A stretch of 64,000 nucleotides of DNA from Anaerovoracaceae bacterium (GCA_041854955.1 JBHADF010000047.1:815-64814); one strand, 5' to 3'. Counted from the stretch's first letter, positions 54,101-63,830 are shown. The notes: a model not told the origin generated them from the letters alone. Translations and numbers: made by a program.

Positions 54101-57098
54101 TAGGGTGGAAGCAAATATACCTGATATATATTTTAAGGCACGTTTGAGTTCTACCGTAGCAACCAACGTAATACTTAAGAACACGGCTTCTATTGCTACG
54201 ACAGAAGACAAGAGAGAGCAGAAGCCTGAAAACGGCAATATGAGCGAGGTTTCCATAAAGACCTCCAAGACAAGTGATATATCCCTTGTTAAAAAGGGAG
54301 AACAGGTTGTTTATGACTTGTCCGGCCCTATATCATATAACCTGGAATTCTATAACAACGGCGGCTCCGGAAAGACCAAGCAAGTGTTTATGGACACTAT
54401 GCCGGCCAACGGACAGGGGGCTACCAACTATAGCGGTACTATCACCTTAGGTGCTTTACGCTTGACCGCGCCGGACGGAAAGACTCCGGCAGACTATGAA
54501 GCCTGGTACACTTTAGATGAAGGGGTTAAGGCCCTCAATTCATTCGACTTTACCTATGACGGTATCAGAAGCGGTTCGGAAAAGGGCATTACATGGACAA
54601 AGGCTACAATAGACGCTTCCGGAAATATTACCGGAATGACAGGAGCAAAGGTAACAGCCTTTGTAGTTTTGGGAGACCTTCCTGCTAAAAAGGTTTTGAA
54701 GCTGAAGGTAACCATCAATGCTGCGGGAAATAAGATCGGGGACATCTACGAAAACAGCATGTCCCTGGGAGCAGGCGTTACCTCAGGTATAGTGTTTGTT
54801 GTTGAAAGAAAGCTGACAGGAACACTTTGGGAAGATGAAAACTTTGACGGCAAGAAGGACAGCACTGAAAGAAAATTGGCAGGAGCTACGGTTACTCTCT
54901 ACGACGGTGCAGGAAATGTAGTAAGTAATCTTAACGGAAATCCTTGCGTAACCACTACGGATACCACCGGGTCCTATGAATTTACAGCCTTGCCTGCGGG
55001 CACCTTCAAGGTAGTATTTACCGGCGGTGCAAGTATGGATTTAGGAGAATATATTCTGACGGAGAAGGATAATCCTGTGGCAGGAGATAGCCTGGATTCA
55101 GATGCAACTGCTGCAGGTTCCACTGCTGACGGAGCCTTTGTAAGCGGTGTTATCATGCCGGCTGCGGCCACTATCAAATCCAACCCCTACGTGCTGAGAA
55201 ATGTAGATGCGGGCCTTGTAAGAAACAAAACCGTTAAAGAGTATGCCGATGACTCGGCTGCGGGAAAAGGCGGAAGTGCTGTTAAGGTCCATGACGAAAT
55301 CACATATACCGTTGAATTCCTGAATGGGGACGGTACGCTTAAGGATGTCGTAATAGAAGATATGATGAGCAAGGGTCTCACATATAAGAACGGCAGCGCT
55401 AAGCTTTTCAAGGGAACGGAAGATGTAACCGCCACATATCTGGACGAACCTACGGATTCGGACCCGGATGCAGTAGCAAGCCATACCTTGAAATGGCAAT
55501 TCAAAGAAAAAATAGGTAAAGGTAAATACTATCTAACCTACAAGGCAATGGTAATAGGAAAGGCCATGGAGGATATGGAAGTAACTAACACAGCTGTAGT
55601 CAAGATCCAAGGCCAGGCTGATGTTACTACAGATACCTTAAAGAATCCGGTTTCTCAGAAGGCATATCAGGATAATTCATGGGTTTCGAAAAAAGTCGGT
55701 AACGGAATGAAGATTCCTTATCAGGTAAGCTTTAACAATGTTAAGGCTGCTCCTCAGGCCGTAATCATTAAGGACACCATGTCCAAGGGTTTGGTATATC
55801 AGGGAGATGCAGCAGTTGTAAACTTAGACGGTACTGCTTTGGCAGCAACCTTGACTCACAGCGAAGTAAACAATTTGGACGGTTCCGTGACCCATACTTG
55901 GCAGATCGACAATGTTCCCCCAAATACCAAGGGAAAGATCGTATACAGCGGGGAAGTAACCTCTCCTGCCTATGGACCGGGGAAGGTAGAAAACAAGGCC
56001 ACGGTAAAATACGGCAATGACAGCGAGGCTGCCTTGGAAAGCCTGATGAATCCGCTTGTTCCTGTTAAAAAGACTGTAACAGGAGCAGCCGGCGATCTGG
56101 ACGGAAAGCTGGTCAGCCCCGATGAAGTATTGGAATACACCGTAACCTACGAAAAAGCTTCAACAGTTGAGGAAACCGTTACTATTAAAGATACTCTGCC
56201 TGAACATACGACCTATGTGGATGGTTCGGCAGACAATGGGGGCGTATATGATCCCGTTACAAGGACTGTAGAGTGGACACTGACCCTTCCGGCTGCTGCA
56301 GGAAGCCATCCTGTAAGCTTTAAGGTGAAGGTTGACCAGATAACTCAAGGAGCTGCCTTGGAAAATACCGCAACCATTACTGAGGGAGCCAATGTATATA
56401 TTACCAATACCACTAAGAACCCTACACCTACAGGTGCTACAAAGGAAGTAAGAAGCGAAGGCGGCACAGCGAATATAGACGGTCAAACTGTCAGTGTAAA
56501 TGATACCTTAACATATTTGATTACCTATCAGAATACACTGGGTCACGATACTACTGCCAAGATTTCAGACCTTATTCCCGAACATACCACCTATGTAGAC
56601 GGATCGGCAGATATCAGCGGTGGAGTATACGATCCTGCAACCAAGACTGTAAAATGGGATTTGAATGTGAGTGACGGACAAAGCGTAACCGTAAGCTTCA
56701 AGGTGAAAATTGACGGAGGAGCCTACTATGCTAGGATAGAAAATCAAGGTATTGTGGACAACGGAGCTTCTACCGTTTATACAAACAAAACAGACAACCC
56801 TGTAGGAGGCCCACCATTACCGCCTACACCACCGGTACCGCCTACGCCACCCACACCACCTGTGCCACCGGTACCGCCCACACCGCCCACACCACCGGAA
56901 CCTCAGAACCCCCCTGTAGACAAGCCGGAGGTACCTAAGCCGGAAAAACCTGAGCCACCTAAGACGGATAAGCCGGGAAGCCACGGAAAGGACACTCCTA
57001 AAACGGGAGATTCCAGCCAAATGCTCCTTTGGGCCGCCCTCATGGCAGGCTCTATGTTAGAGGCAGGAAGAAGAATGGCGAAAAAAGGCAAGAAATAA
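51147..57098 (+). CDS. Very large (1983 aa) cell-wall-anchored surface protein/adhesin with SdrD-B/Cna-B-like and repeated DUF11/TIGR01451-type Ig-like domains
   Basis: Signal peptide MKSKQNRRRLSVFIMAFFVLFSVFGQSVNVSFA. An SdrD-B-like module (LTGTLWEDENFDGKKD...TTDTTGSYEFTALPAGTFKV). At least four ~125-aa repeats of the form ..V.pGD.ltYtv.y.N....tv.I.D.lp.gttYVdGSA.. Pro-rich stalk. TPKTG motif, hydrophobic helix and an RRMAKKGKK tail. Confidence 0.85.
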   Translation: MKSKQNRRRLSVFIMAFFVLFSVFGQSVNVSFAGEGDYTFNISGTGDLTIRPGAAFNFIGDAGVSFTPDSSQWQAGDEFRLEVTGVDKPIGGTYTYAAGDTSFTPQAADNGKTYTVHYEIKKKVGGAWVPLDTPKTATKALRVFATSQILPMLTSDDAEVTNLVVAKIVDGVGPFDSDSAAGNDSSSDNRIVRTFDSVTYQVGYNTKGKTAGVSYKQGYIKFEFTLPFPKDVATFDTASMGWMTGDAGYKWTLTESGGVQTLKAAKKLESEGENATAIPGSGDIPVHINVYSAKNGDKIQPTFKSWMDYSSQVKTVVPDGVTVSAAPRYNIEINKTNDVYIGSISTFDFSTGNEKAMDKDAGTIYGKLQGYGISLQLYNTTKDKKLKGIELPQGDITFKLDMTSVYEPAAGGSHAVANPKVWSFVPAVDGVNPGQDGRDISTYSNYTYATVASALNKYSGVTPTTPFAASPKTGTNANWYGGGWSIKKLADGRYEVTVKDYKINPKWFPNTWGGVVPLSDPRWFDPALGVANIGSFSAGSLLMVVPFGGSTGQEDPNYYTALYGNGNINTNVKVSDMTAKSVSGQPLVAQTVATDDAIGHKVELTMKGDFGNRIMYNSPTTTNLAGLDNLYSAGNIRDGADAASINSKLRIRWGGLNDPKGDSSQATFAANYLMKFDDEALDFDPTEPPFVLSGNHSAGYSQKFLYAAKPDGKGWTGDDEMNAANEENLVYYPSLASLKAANKVCVGVLAEVRKTDNKPKFSQQQDYRRMVGMIVKNDPSLVGKVYMITEVTNLWREAEYKAVLAANGGTFPTRENMAVGQTVNTTNATKPSVFNHRDLGYYKKYSYNANGPVEGSRGEPRRGDSLYIVGYRSEISKKVVQKDADGNDKITFDLDLNQYVVDYQLALSMKIEKDVVITNPTTIYVKDTLPKGLTYIPGSSYYDGTYTPSTKPGQSGTVTGGTAIAPTVTEQSNGTTVLTWEIPNVRVEANIPDIYFKARLSSTVATNVILKNTASIATTEDKREQKPENGNMSEVSIKTSKTSDISLVKKGEQVVYDLSGPISYNLEFYNNGGSGKTKQVFMDTMPANGQGATNYSGTITLGALRLTAPDGKTPADYEAWYTLDEGVKALNSFDFTYDGIRSGSEKGITWTKATIDASGNITGMTGAKVTAFVVLGDLPAKKVLKLKVTINAAGNKIGDIYENSMSLGAGVTSGIVFVVERKLTGTLWEDENFDGKKDSTERKLAGATVTLYDGAGNVVSNLNGNPCVTTTDTTGSYEFTALPAGTFKVVFTGGASMDLGEYILTEKDNPVAGDSLDSDATAAGSTADGAFVSGVIMPAAATIKSNPYVLRNVDAGLVRNKTVKEYADDSAAGKGGSAVKVHDEITYTVEFLNGDGTLKDVVIEDMMSKGLTYKNGSAKLFKGTEDVTATYLDEPTDSDPDAVASHTLKWQFKEKIGKGKYYLTYKAMVIGKAMEDMEVTNTAVVKIQGQADVTTDTLKNPVSQKAYQDNSWVSKKVGNGMKIPYQVSFNNVKAAPQAVIIKDTMSKGLVYQGDAAVVNLDGTALAATLTHSEVNNLDGSVTHTWQIDNVPPNTKGKIVYSGEVTSPAYGPGKVENKATVKYGNDSEAALESLMNPLVPVKKTVTGAAGDLDGKLVSPDEVLEYTVTYEKASTVEETVTIKDTLPEHTTYVDGSADNGGVYDPVTRTVEWTLTLPAAAGSHPVSFKVKVDQITQGAALENTATITEGANVYITNTTKNPTPTGATKEVRSEGGTANIDGQTVSVNDTLTYLITYQNTLGHDTTAKISDLIPEHTTYVDGSADISGGVYDPATKTVKWDLNVSDGQSVTVSFKVKIDGGAYYARIENQGIVDNGASTVYTNKTDNPVGGPPLPPTPPVPPTPPTPPVPPVPPTPPTPPEPQNPPVDKPEVPKPEKPEPPKTDKPGSHGKDTPKTGDSSQMLLWAALMAGSMLEAGRRMAKKGKK
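56811..56975 (+). repeat. Low-complexity Pro-codon repeat (PPxPPT / KPE units) encoding the wall-spanning stalk
   Basis: Reiterated ccaccggtaccgcc(y)ac(r)cc units. Translation: PPLPPTPPVPPTPPTPPVPPVPPTPPTPPEPQNPPVDKPEVPKPEKPEPPKTDKPG. Confidence 0.8.
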
Positions 57099-57134
57099 AA
57101 ACACTCTTAGAGAAAGAGATATGAAAGATTAGAG

Positions 57135-57182
57135 GAAGGACACCTACAGAGGAAGCTTTGCAGGTGTCTTCTCTCTTTTTCT
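57135..57182 (+). terminator. Terminator of the adhesin gene
   Basis: GAAGGACACCT...AGGTGTCTTC hairpin followed by TCTCTTTTT. Confidence 0.6.
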
Positions 57183-57321
57183 CGGGAAGATTTTTGGTCA
57201 TTAAAGGCCAAACCACTACATCTTGTAGATGAAAAAGTATTGAAAGTATGATATAATTATCTGATTAAAATATTTTGAGTGACTGATCAAAGACTAAAAA
57301 AGACTAAAGACGGAGGAAAAG

Positions 57322-59052
57322 ATGTCATTTAATATACCTATGCCGGCATGCATCATTAACAATCAGGGAAAGGTAATAAACGCCAACGAATACATCGGAG
57401 AGGTGTTCCTTTACGATGGGATTTTGGATGCAGATATTTTCACCCTGACGGGAGTGAAGTGCTCTGAGCTTTACGAGGCAGCAGAACAAGGGATAAGCAC
57501 ATTCCTCAAAAGGCCGGACAAAACCTTTAAGATGATTCCCTACAAGGAAAATCCGGAGGAAGATGCCGACCTGACTATTCTCTTTTCCGACATAACCTCC
57601 TTTGAAGACTTAAAACAGAGATATAACAGCGAAAAGCCCTGCATCGCCAAAATTCTATTGGATAATTATGACCAGCTTTTCGAGGCGGAAAGCACAGGAT
57701 ACAAGATGGGCCTTTCCTCTGACATAGATCAGATTATAAGGAGATGGGCTGCCAAGATAGACGGCTCCGTATCCATGCTGAAAAGCAGCAAATATATGGT
57801 TTGGTTTGAGCAGCAGTACCTGGAGAAGCTCAGCGAGGATAAATTTGAACTTTTAGATGAAGTGAGAAATCTGGAGACGGGAGCTGATTTCCCCGCCAGC
57901 CTCAGCATAGGCATAGGCGTAGGCGGCTCCACCATGGCTGAGACAGAGGAGTTTGCCGATGCTGCCATGGACTTGGCTTTGGGCCGAGGGGGAGACCAGG
58001 TTGTCATAAAGAAAAAGGCCAAGATAGAATACTACGGAGGTACTCTTCCCACACCGGAAAAGAGCAACAAAGGAAAGTCCAGAATAGTAGGGCACGCTCT
58101 TAAGCAGCTAATAGAACAATCAGGAAAGATTTTCGTAATGGGTCACAGATATGCGGATATGGACAGCTTCGGCGCAGCCCTTGGGGTTACCCGCCTCTGC
58201 ATGATGTCGGAACGAGAGCCCTATATAGTTTTAGAGGATTATAACGAAACCCTCCATGCCATATATAAACAAGCAAGAACTTCAGAGGAGTACAATTTTA
58301 TCTCCTGCGAAAAGGCCATCAGCCTGGTGGACGGAGACAGCCTCATAGTGGTGGTGGATACTCATCGCCCTAGCATGGTTCAATGCCCTCAGCTTTTGGA
58401 GAAAAGCGACAAGGTAGTCGTAATCGACCATCACAGAAAGGTGGAGGAATTCATCGAAAATCCAATGCTGGCTTATATGGAAAGCTACGCTTCCTCAGCA
58501 TCGGAACTGGTTTCAGAGATTTTGGAATACATGGGCAGCAAGAAGCCTTTGGCAAAGATAGAGGCGGAGGCACTTTTGGCGGGAATAACGGTAGATACCA
58601 ACGGCTTCGGAGTGAAGACGGGAGTAAGAACCTTTGAAGCGGCCGCTTGGCTCAGAAGACAGGGTGCAGACCCTACAGAGGTTAAGAGATTCTTCCAGGA
58701 AGACTTTGAAAATATAAAGGTTAGAGCCAAGGCCATAGCCGGAGCCCGGCTTTATGAAGAGTCAGGGGTGGTCATAGCCACCTGCCCTACTCTCAAAAAA
58801 GATGCTCAGCTCATCTGTGCGCAGGTAGCAGACAGACTTCTGACCATAAGAGGGGCAAAGGCCACCTTCGCCATAGGAAGAAACGGTGCCGAGGAGACGG
58901 TAATAAGTGCCAGATCCTTGGGAGATGTAAATGTACAGCTAATCATGGAAAAATTCGGAGGCGGAGGCCATCTCACCACTGCTGCGGCACAGGTAAAGAT
59001 GTCCGTTGAGGACACCGTTGACGAAATTAAGAGAATATTGGAGGTTAAATGA
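57322..59052 (+). CDS. gdpP: GdpP-like DHH/DHHA1 phosphodiesterase (PAS-like, degenerate GGDEF, DHH, DHHA1) lacking the N-terminal TM helices
   Basis: DHH motifs: [27 protein letters not shown]1 motif: GGGGH. Conserved position upstream of rplI-dnaB, as for B. subtilis yybT. No hydrophobic N-terminus. Confidence 0.8.
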   Translation: MSFNIPMPACIINNQGKVINANEYIGEVFLYDGILDADIFTLTGVKCSELYEAAEQGISTFLKRPDKTFKMIPYKENPEEDADLTILFSDITSFEDLKQRYNSEKPCIAKILLDNYDQLFEAESTGYKMGLSSDIDQIIRRWAAKIDGSVSMLKSSKYMVWFEQQYLEKLSEDKFELLDEVRNLETGADFPASLSIGIGVGGSTMAETEEFADAAMDLALGRGGDQVVIKKKAKIEYYGGTLPTPEKSNKGKSRIVGHALKQLIEQSGKIFVMGHRYADMDSFGAALGVTRLCMMSEREPYIVLEDYNETLHAIYKQARTSEEYNFISCEKAISLVDGDSLIVVVDTHRPSMVQCPQLLEKSDKVVVIDHHRKVEEFIENPMLAYMESYASSASELVSEILEYMGSKKPLAKIEAEALLAGITVDTNGFGVKTGVRTFEAAAWLRRQGADPTEVKRFFQEDFENIKVRAKAIAGARLYEESGVVIATCPTLKKDAQLICAQVADRLLTIRGAKATFAIGRNGAEETVISARSLGDVNVQLIMEKFGGGGHLTTAAAQVKMSVEDTVDEIKRILEVK

Positions 59053-59053
59053 T

Positions 59054-59500
59054 ATGAAAGTCATTTTATTACAGGACGTTAAAGGAACAGGAAAGGCAGG
59101 TCAGGTTGCCAATGTCAGCGACGGCTATGCCAGAAATATGCTCATTCCCAAAGGAATGGCCATGGAAGCTACAGACAAAAATGTAAAGGCCCTTGAAAAG
59201 AAAAAGGCCTTGGAGGAACAGAAAAGAGCAGAAGAAAAGGCTGAGGCTGTTGCTCTCAAGGAAAATCTGGAAAAGCTGAAGGTGGACATTAAGACCAAGG
59301 CAGGAGAAGGTGGCCGTGTATTCGGCTCCATCACTTCAAAGGACATAGCCGAAGCTTTGGAAGCACAGCATAAGATTGCTGTCGATAAGAAGAAAATCCA
59401 GCTGAACTCACCTATCAAGCAGACGGGAGAGTTTCAGGTGGAGATAAAGCTTTACACAGAGGTTGCGGCAAAATTAACCGTAGCGGTGGAAGCTGAGTAG
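59054..59500 (+). CDS. rplI: 50S ribosomal protein L9
   Basis: [34 protein letters not shown]. Start at the ATG at 59054. Confidence 0.95.
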   Translation: MKVILLQDVKGTGKAGQVANVSDGYARNMLIPKGMAMEATDKNVKALEKKKALEEQKRAEEKAEAVALKENLEKLKVDIKTKAGEGGRVFGSITSKDIAEALEAQHKIAVDKKKIQLNSPIKQTGEFQVEIKLYTEVAAKLTVAVEAE

Positions 59501-59530
59501 GGAATAGATTGGAAAAGCGAGGAGCAGATT

Positions 59531-60847
59531 ATGTTGGAAAGGATCCCCCCCCATAATTTAGAGGCGGAACGCTCTGTTTTAGGTGCAGCTATGCTGGACC
59601 GCAATACCCTCTTCGATATCTTGGAAGAGGTAAGGGCCGAAGATTTTTACAATGAAAGTCATAAGGAAATATTCACCGCTATATGGGAACTGTATAGGTC
59701 CAATACGGCAGTGGATATGCTCACCGTGTGCGAGGAGCTGAAAAAGCGGAAATCCTTGGAGATGGTGGGAGGCAGAGGCTATATTGCCGAGCTGACGGCT
59801 TTGGTGCCATCCTTGGCCAATGCGGTAGCCTATGCAAAGATAGTTTCGGAAAAAGCTATTTTGCGCCAAATGATAAGGACCTCCGAAGACATAACGGAGA
59901 AGGGCTACGCTGCCAAGATGGATGCCAGAGAAATTCTGGACTATGCGGAGAGCGGCATATTTAAGATTGCCGAAAAAAGGCAGAAAAATGACTATGCAAA
60001 AATACAAGATGTTCTCCTAACCAACATAAAAATCATAGATGAAGCTACACAAAACAAGGATAGAATAGTCGGGATACCCACAGGATTTAAGGAGCTGGAC
60101 TTAAAAACCAGCGGCCTCCAAAGATCGGACCTGATAATAATAGCCGCAAGACCGGCTATGGGAAAGACTGCGCTGGCTCTGAATATCGCCCAGCAGACCG
60201 CCGTAAAGGCCGGCTCTTCCGTTATTATCTTCAGCTTGGAGATGGCAAAGGAGCAGCTGGGCCAGAGACTTTTATCCATGCAGGCTCGAGTTGAAATGCA
60301 AAAATTAAAGACCGGAGATGTGGACAGAAAGGACTGGGAACGAATCACATTGGCATTAGACGATTTGAACTCAACCAAGATTGTCATAGATGATACTCCG
60401 GGTATTTCCATTATGGAAATGAGAAATAAATGCCGCCGTCTGAAAGCAGAGCAGGGATTGGACTTAATCCTCATAGACTATCTTCAGCTTATGACCATGG
60501 AAGGCAAGACGGAAAGCAGACAGCAGGAAATCAGTGCCCTTTCCAGAAACCTTAAGCTGCTGGCCAGAGAGATGGACTGCCCTGTGGTGGTTCTGTCCCA
60601 GTTGTCCCGTGCCGTAGAGGCCCGCGGCGACCACAGACCTGTGCTTTCGGATTTAAGAGAGTCGGGCTCCATCGAGCAGGATGCTGATATTGTACTTTTC
60701 TTATATAGAGATGACTACTACAATCCCAACACGGAAAGGCCGGGAATTTGCGAAGTAAATATTGCAAAGCACCGAAGCGGCCCCACAGGAACCATAGAGC
60801 TGACATGGGTGTCCAGATACACCAAATTCAGCGATAAGGCCTTTTAA
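59531..60847 (+). CDS. dnaB: Replicative DNA helicase (DnaB family; DnaC in B. subtilis nomenclature)
   Basis: PPHNLEAERSVLGA N-terminus, Walker A (ARPAMGKTA), and QLSRAVE...DLRESGSIEQDAD. Confidence 0.95.
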   Translation: MLERIPPHNLEAERSVLGAAMLDRNTLFDILEEVRAEDFYNESHKEIFTAIWELYRSNTAVDMLTVCEELKKRKSLEMVGGRGYIAELTALVPSLANAVAYAKIVSEKAILRQMIRTSEDITEKGYAAKMDAREILDYAESGIFKIAEKRQKNDYAKIQDVLLTNIKIIDEATQNKDRIVGIPTGFKELDLKTSGLQRSDLIIIAARPAMGKTALALNIAQQTAVKAGSSVIIFSLEMAKEQLGQRLLSMQARVEMQKLKTGDVDRKDWERITLALDDLNSTKIVIDDTPGISIMEMRNKCRRLKAEQGLDLILIDYLQLMTMEGKTESRQQEISALSRNLKLLAREMDCPVVVLSQLSRAVEARGDHRPVLSDLRESGSIEQDADIVLFLYRDDYYNPNTERPGICEVNIAKHRSGPTGTIELTWVSRYTKFSDKAF

Positions 60848-60891
60848 GGCTTTTAAAGACTGAAAGGCTTCTGAAAATCTACGGAGGGAAC

Positions 60892-62112
60892 ATGAATTTT
60901 ACCCAGGAAAAGGTGAATCCGGAGCTTCTGACTACAGAAGTGGAAAATAAATTCATAAAGGAATACATGGCCATGGCTTCGGGAAACTGTGTCAAGGTGT
61001 ATTTCTATTGCCTTTTTTTGGCCCAAAGCGGATTGAACCTGACTCTTGGGGAAGTGGCGGAAGCCCTAAGCCTGACCTTGGAAGAGGTTGAAGAGGCTCT
61101 TTTGTACTGGGAAGACAGAAAGCTGCTTAATCGAGGACCCGGCGGGGCTGAATTTGCCAGCCTGAGAAAGGGCGTAAGAGAAGAAGAAAAGAATTCTCAT
61201 CTTTTAGAAGAAGATAATTTCCAAGGGGATAGGGATTTAAAAGAGCTTTTCTCCAAATTGGAAAACCTTTTGGGAAGGCTTTTGTCCGTCAAGGAGCTAC
61301 AGGAAATAAATGAGTGGGTTTCAGACCTGAGAATCAAGCCTGAGCTCATAGAGGCCTGCTACGGATATTGCTATGATATGTGCAAGACCAATGTGGCCTA
61401 TATTAAAAAAGTGCTTTTCCAATGGCATAAAGACGGCATTGAGACCGGCGAGCAGCTGAAACAGTACCTTCAGGATAAGGAAGACCGCCAGGGCTTATAC
61501 AAGGAAATCCTCCGTGCTTTGGGCATGAACAGAGGTGCCACCCAGGTGGAGAAAGATATGATAGAAGGCTGGCTGGAGGTGGGCTTCAGCAGGGAGAGAA
61601 TTTTGGAGGCCTGCGGTAAGGCGGGATTTAATACTGCCCCTAATCTGCGCTATGTAAACAAGGTGTTGGAAAACTGGCGCGAAGAGGCTAAGACCCAGGG
61701 CCGTGATATAAATCAAAGGGTTACGGTGACTCAGGCCATATTAAACAGATATTATGAGCACTTGGAAAAGGAAGCTATTTCCCAAGCTGAGGAGAGAAGG
61801 AAGCAGGTATACGGGCTTATACCCGGCATAAAGAAAATAGATGAAGATTTGAAGACTCTGGGCAGTAAAATATCGCGAGGTATCATAGGCGGTATGAGCC
61901 GAGAAGAGCTGGAAAAAGCTAAGAGAACCGTATTGGAGCTGGAGTCTGAAAGGGCTTTGCTTCTAACGGACCATGACTTCAGTATGGATTATACCGATAT
62001 AGTTTATCGTTGCCAAAAGTGCAGGGATACAGGTGTCGATGAAGACGGACAAAGGTGCAGCTGTGCCGCAGAAAGGATAGGAGAAGCTGAAATATGGCAA
62101 AGGACAACATAA
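60892..62112 (+). CDS. DnaD/DnaB(Bsu)-type replication initiation protein (winged helix plus two DnaD-like C-domains) with an appended coiled coil and Cys4 module
   Basis: Two repeats of the DnaB_2/DnaD C-domain pattern (..E.I..A......K.N..Y..K.L..W...G..T). The C-terminal CQKCRDTGVDEDGQRCSC resembles the zinc-binding N-domain of DnaI-type loaders. Confidence 0.7.
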   Translation: MNFTQEKVNPELLTTEVENKFIKEYMAMASGNCVKVYFYCLFLAQSGLNLTLGEVAEALSLTLEEVEEALLYWEDRKLLNRGPGGAEFASLRKGVREEEKNSHLLEEDNFQGDRDLKELFSKLENLLGRLLSVKELQEINEWVSDLRIKPELIEACYGYCYDMCKTNVAYIKKVLFQWHKDGIETGEQLKQYLQDKEDRQGLYKEILRALGMNRGATQVEKDMIEGWLEVGFSRERILEACGKAGFNTAPNLRYVNKVLENWREEAKTQGRDINQRVTVTQAILNRYYEHLEKEAISQAEERRKQVYGLIPGIKKIDEDLKTLGSKISRGIIGGMSREELEKAKRTVLELESERALLLTDHDFSMDYTDIVYRCQKCRDTGVDEDGQRCSCAAERIGEAEIWQRTT

Positions 62113-63734
62113 TATTTAAAATACTGGCTATCCTTTGGGAAGTAGGCGCCAAGATCATATTTGCCGCGGATAGCTTTTTGGATAAAACAGAAGATTTCTT
62201 AAGAGATAAGGTAAAGCCGGTTCTCAAAGAGATCTGGAAGGAAATAGCCGAATTGGCTGATGCGGGCCTCATATTCATGCTGGACATAGGTGCAGCCATT
62301 GTAACTTGGTGGGACATTACGGCAGATATAATCGAGTGGTTTTTCATCAAGCTCTATGTCATGGCGGCCCGAGAGCTTCACGATATTTTCCTGCTCCTTG
62401 TAAAGTACAGGAAAAGCATTGTCAAGCATAGCATAATAGCTTTCGTAGTGGCCATGGCCTGTATAGGACTGTTCTCATCGGTAATAAACTATGAATACTC
62501 CTATAACGGTCGCCGCCTGGGAATTGTTGCAGAACAGCGAGATGTTTTGGAGATATTGGATCTTGTAAGCGAAGAATTATCTCAGGAATACGGCTCCAAT
62601 ATAACCATTGACCCTGAGACGGATATAACCTTCAGACCTGTTTTCTCCTATGGAAAGGATATAGATGATGCGGATACCGTACTTAAAAGGTTTACCTACA
62701 TGGGTGATATACAGGTACAATCCACAGCCATCGTTGCCGACGGTGAAACCTTGGCCATAGTAGACAGCGAAAAGACAGCTAATGAAGTTCTCGATGAAAT
62801 AAAGAAGATGTTCATCAAGAAGGATAAGACTAAATATGAATATGTAGGCTTTGTGGAGGATGTAAAGCTAAAACCTAAGAGCACCATATTGGCCAGAGTA
62901 AACAGTAAGGCCGCTGCCGTAAAAAAGATAAAGAGCGGTGGACAGAAAGAGCTGACCTATACCGTAAAGGGCGGAGATACCCTATACGGAATTTGCGAAA
63001 AGCTGGGAGTAAGCCTAGCTGAGCTGAAGGAAATGAATCCTCAAATAGACGACAATATCGTTTTACACGCAGGAGATAAGTTTGTAACTCAGAAGGAGGT
63101 GCCCCTCCTCAATGTAAAGACCATTGAAGTTTCCAGCTTTGCCGAAAGCGTGGACTACGAGGTTGTATACAAGGAATCCTCTAAATACTATAAGAACGAT
63201 GAAGTAGTAAGTGTGGAAGGCTCCAAAGGAAAGGCTAAGGTTACTGCAAGGATAACCAAGGAAAACGGCAAAACCGTTAAAAAGGTAGTCCTTGAAAAGG
63301 AAATCATTCAGGAACCTGTGGATAAGGTTATCATCAAGGGAACGAGAAAGGCTCCTCCTAAACAGGGAACAGGTGCTTTCCAGCGCCCTGTAAATGTGGC
63401 CGTATACAGAGGCTACGGAATGAGATGGGGTCGTATGCATTACGGCTTGGATTATGCTGCACCTATAGGAACCCCTATCCATGCCGCAGACGGAGGAACC
63501 GTAGCAAAGGTAGGCTGGTCCGGTGCCTATGGAAATATCGTTAAGATAGACCATGGCGGCGGCTTTGTAACCTTGTACGCTCACTGCAGCAGAATGTATG
63601 TTTCTCCGGGAGATAAGGTCTTCAAAGGCCAGATCATCGGAGCTGTAGGAAATACGGGACGAAGCACGGGTCCTCACTGCCACTTCGAGATATTCAAAAA
63701 CGGCAGCAACGTTAACCCGGCAGGCTATGTATAG
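62094..63734 (+). CDS. M23-family metallopeptidase with TM anchor, LysM and G5-like domains
   Basis: LysM (YTVKGGDTLYGICEKLGVSLAELKEMNP). M23 motifs (HYGLDYAAP, HCHFEI). Overlaps the previous gene by 19 nt. Confidence 0.88.
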   Translation: MAKDNIIFKILAILWEVGAKIIFAADSFLDKTEDFLRDKVKPVLKEIWKEIAELADAGLIFMLDIGAAIVTWWDITADIIEWFFIKLYVMAARELHDIFLLLVKYRKSIVKHSIIAFVVAMACIGLFSSVINYEYSYNGRRLGIVAEQRDVLEILDLVSEELSQEYGSNITIDPETDITFRPVFSYGKDIDDADTVLKRFTYMGDIQVQSTAIVADGETLAIVDSEKTANEVLDEIKKMFIKKDKTKYEYVGFVEDVKLKPKSTILARVNSKAAAVKKIKSGGQKELTYTVKGGDTLYGICEKLGVSLAELKEMNPQIDDNIVLHAGDKFVTQKEVPLLNVKTIEVSSFAESVDYEVVYKESSKYYKNDEVVSVEGSKGKAKVTARITKENGKTVKKVVLEKEIIQEPVDKVIIKGTRKAPPKQGTGAFQRPVNVAVYRGYGMRWGRMHYGLDYAAPIGTPIHAADGGTVAKVGWSGAYGNIVKIDHGGGFVTLYAHCSRMYVSPGDKVFKGQIIGAVGNTGRSTGPHCHFEIFKNGSNVNPAGYV

Positions 63735-63830
63735 AATTAAAAAAGGAAGATCCTCTTTTCGTAAAATATGGATAGGAGTATTTTCCGGTATATTCAGGAT
63801 AGGATTTTGAGGGAAGGTCGGTGAATAGCT

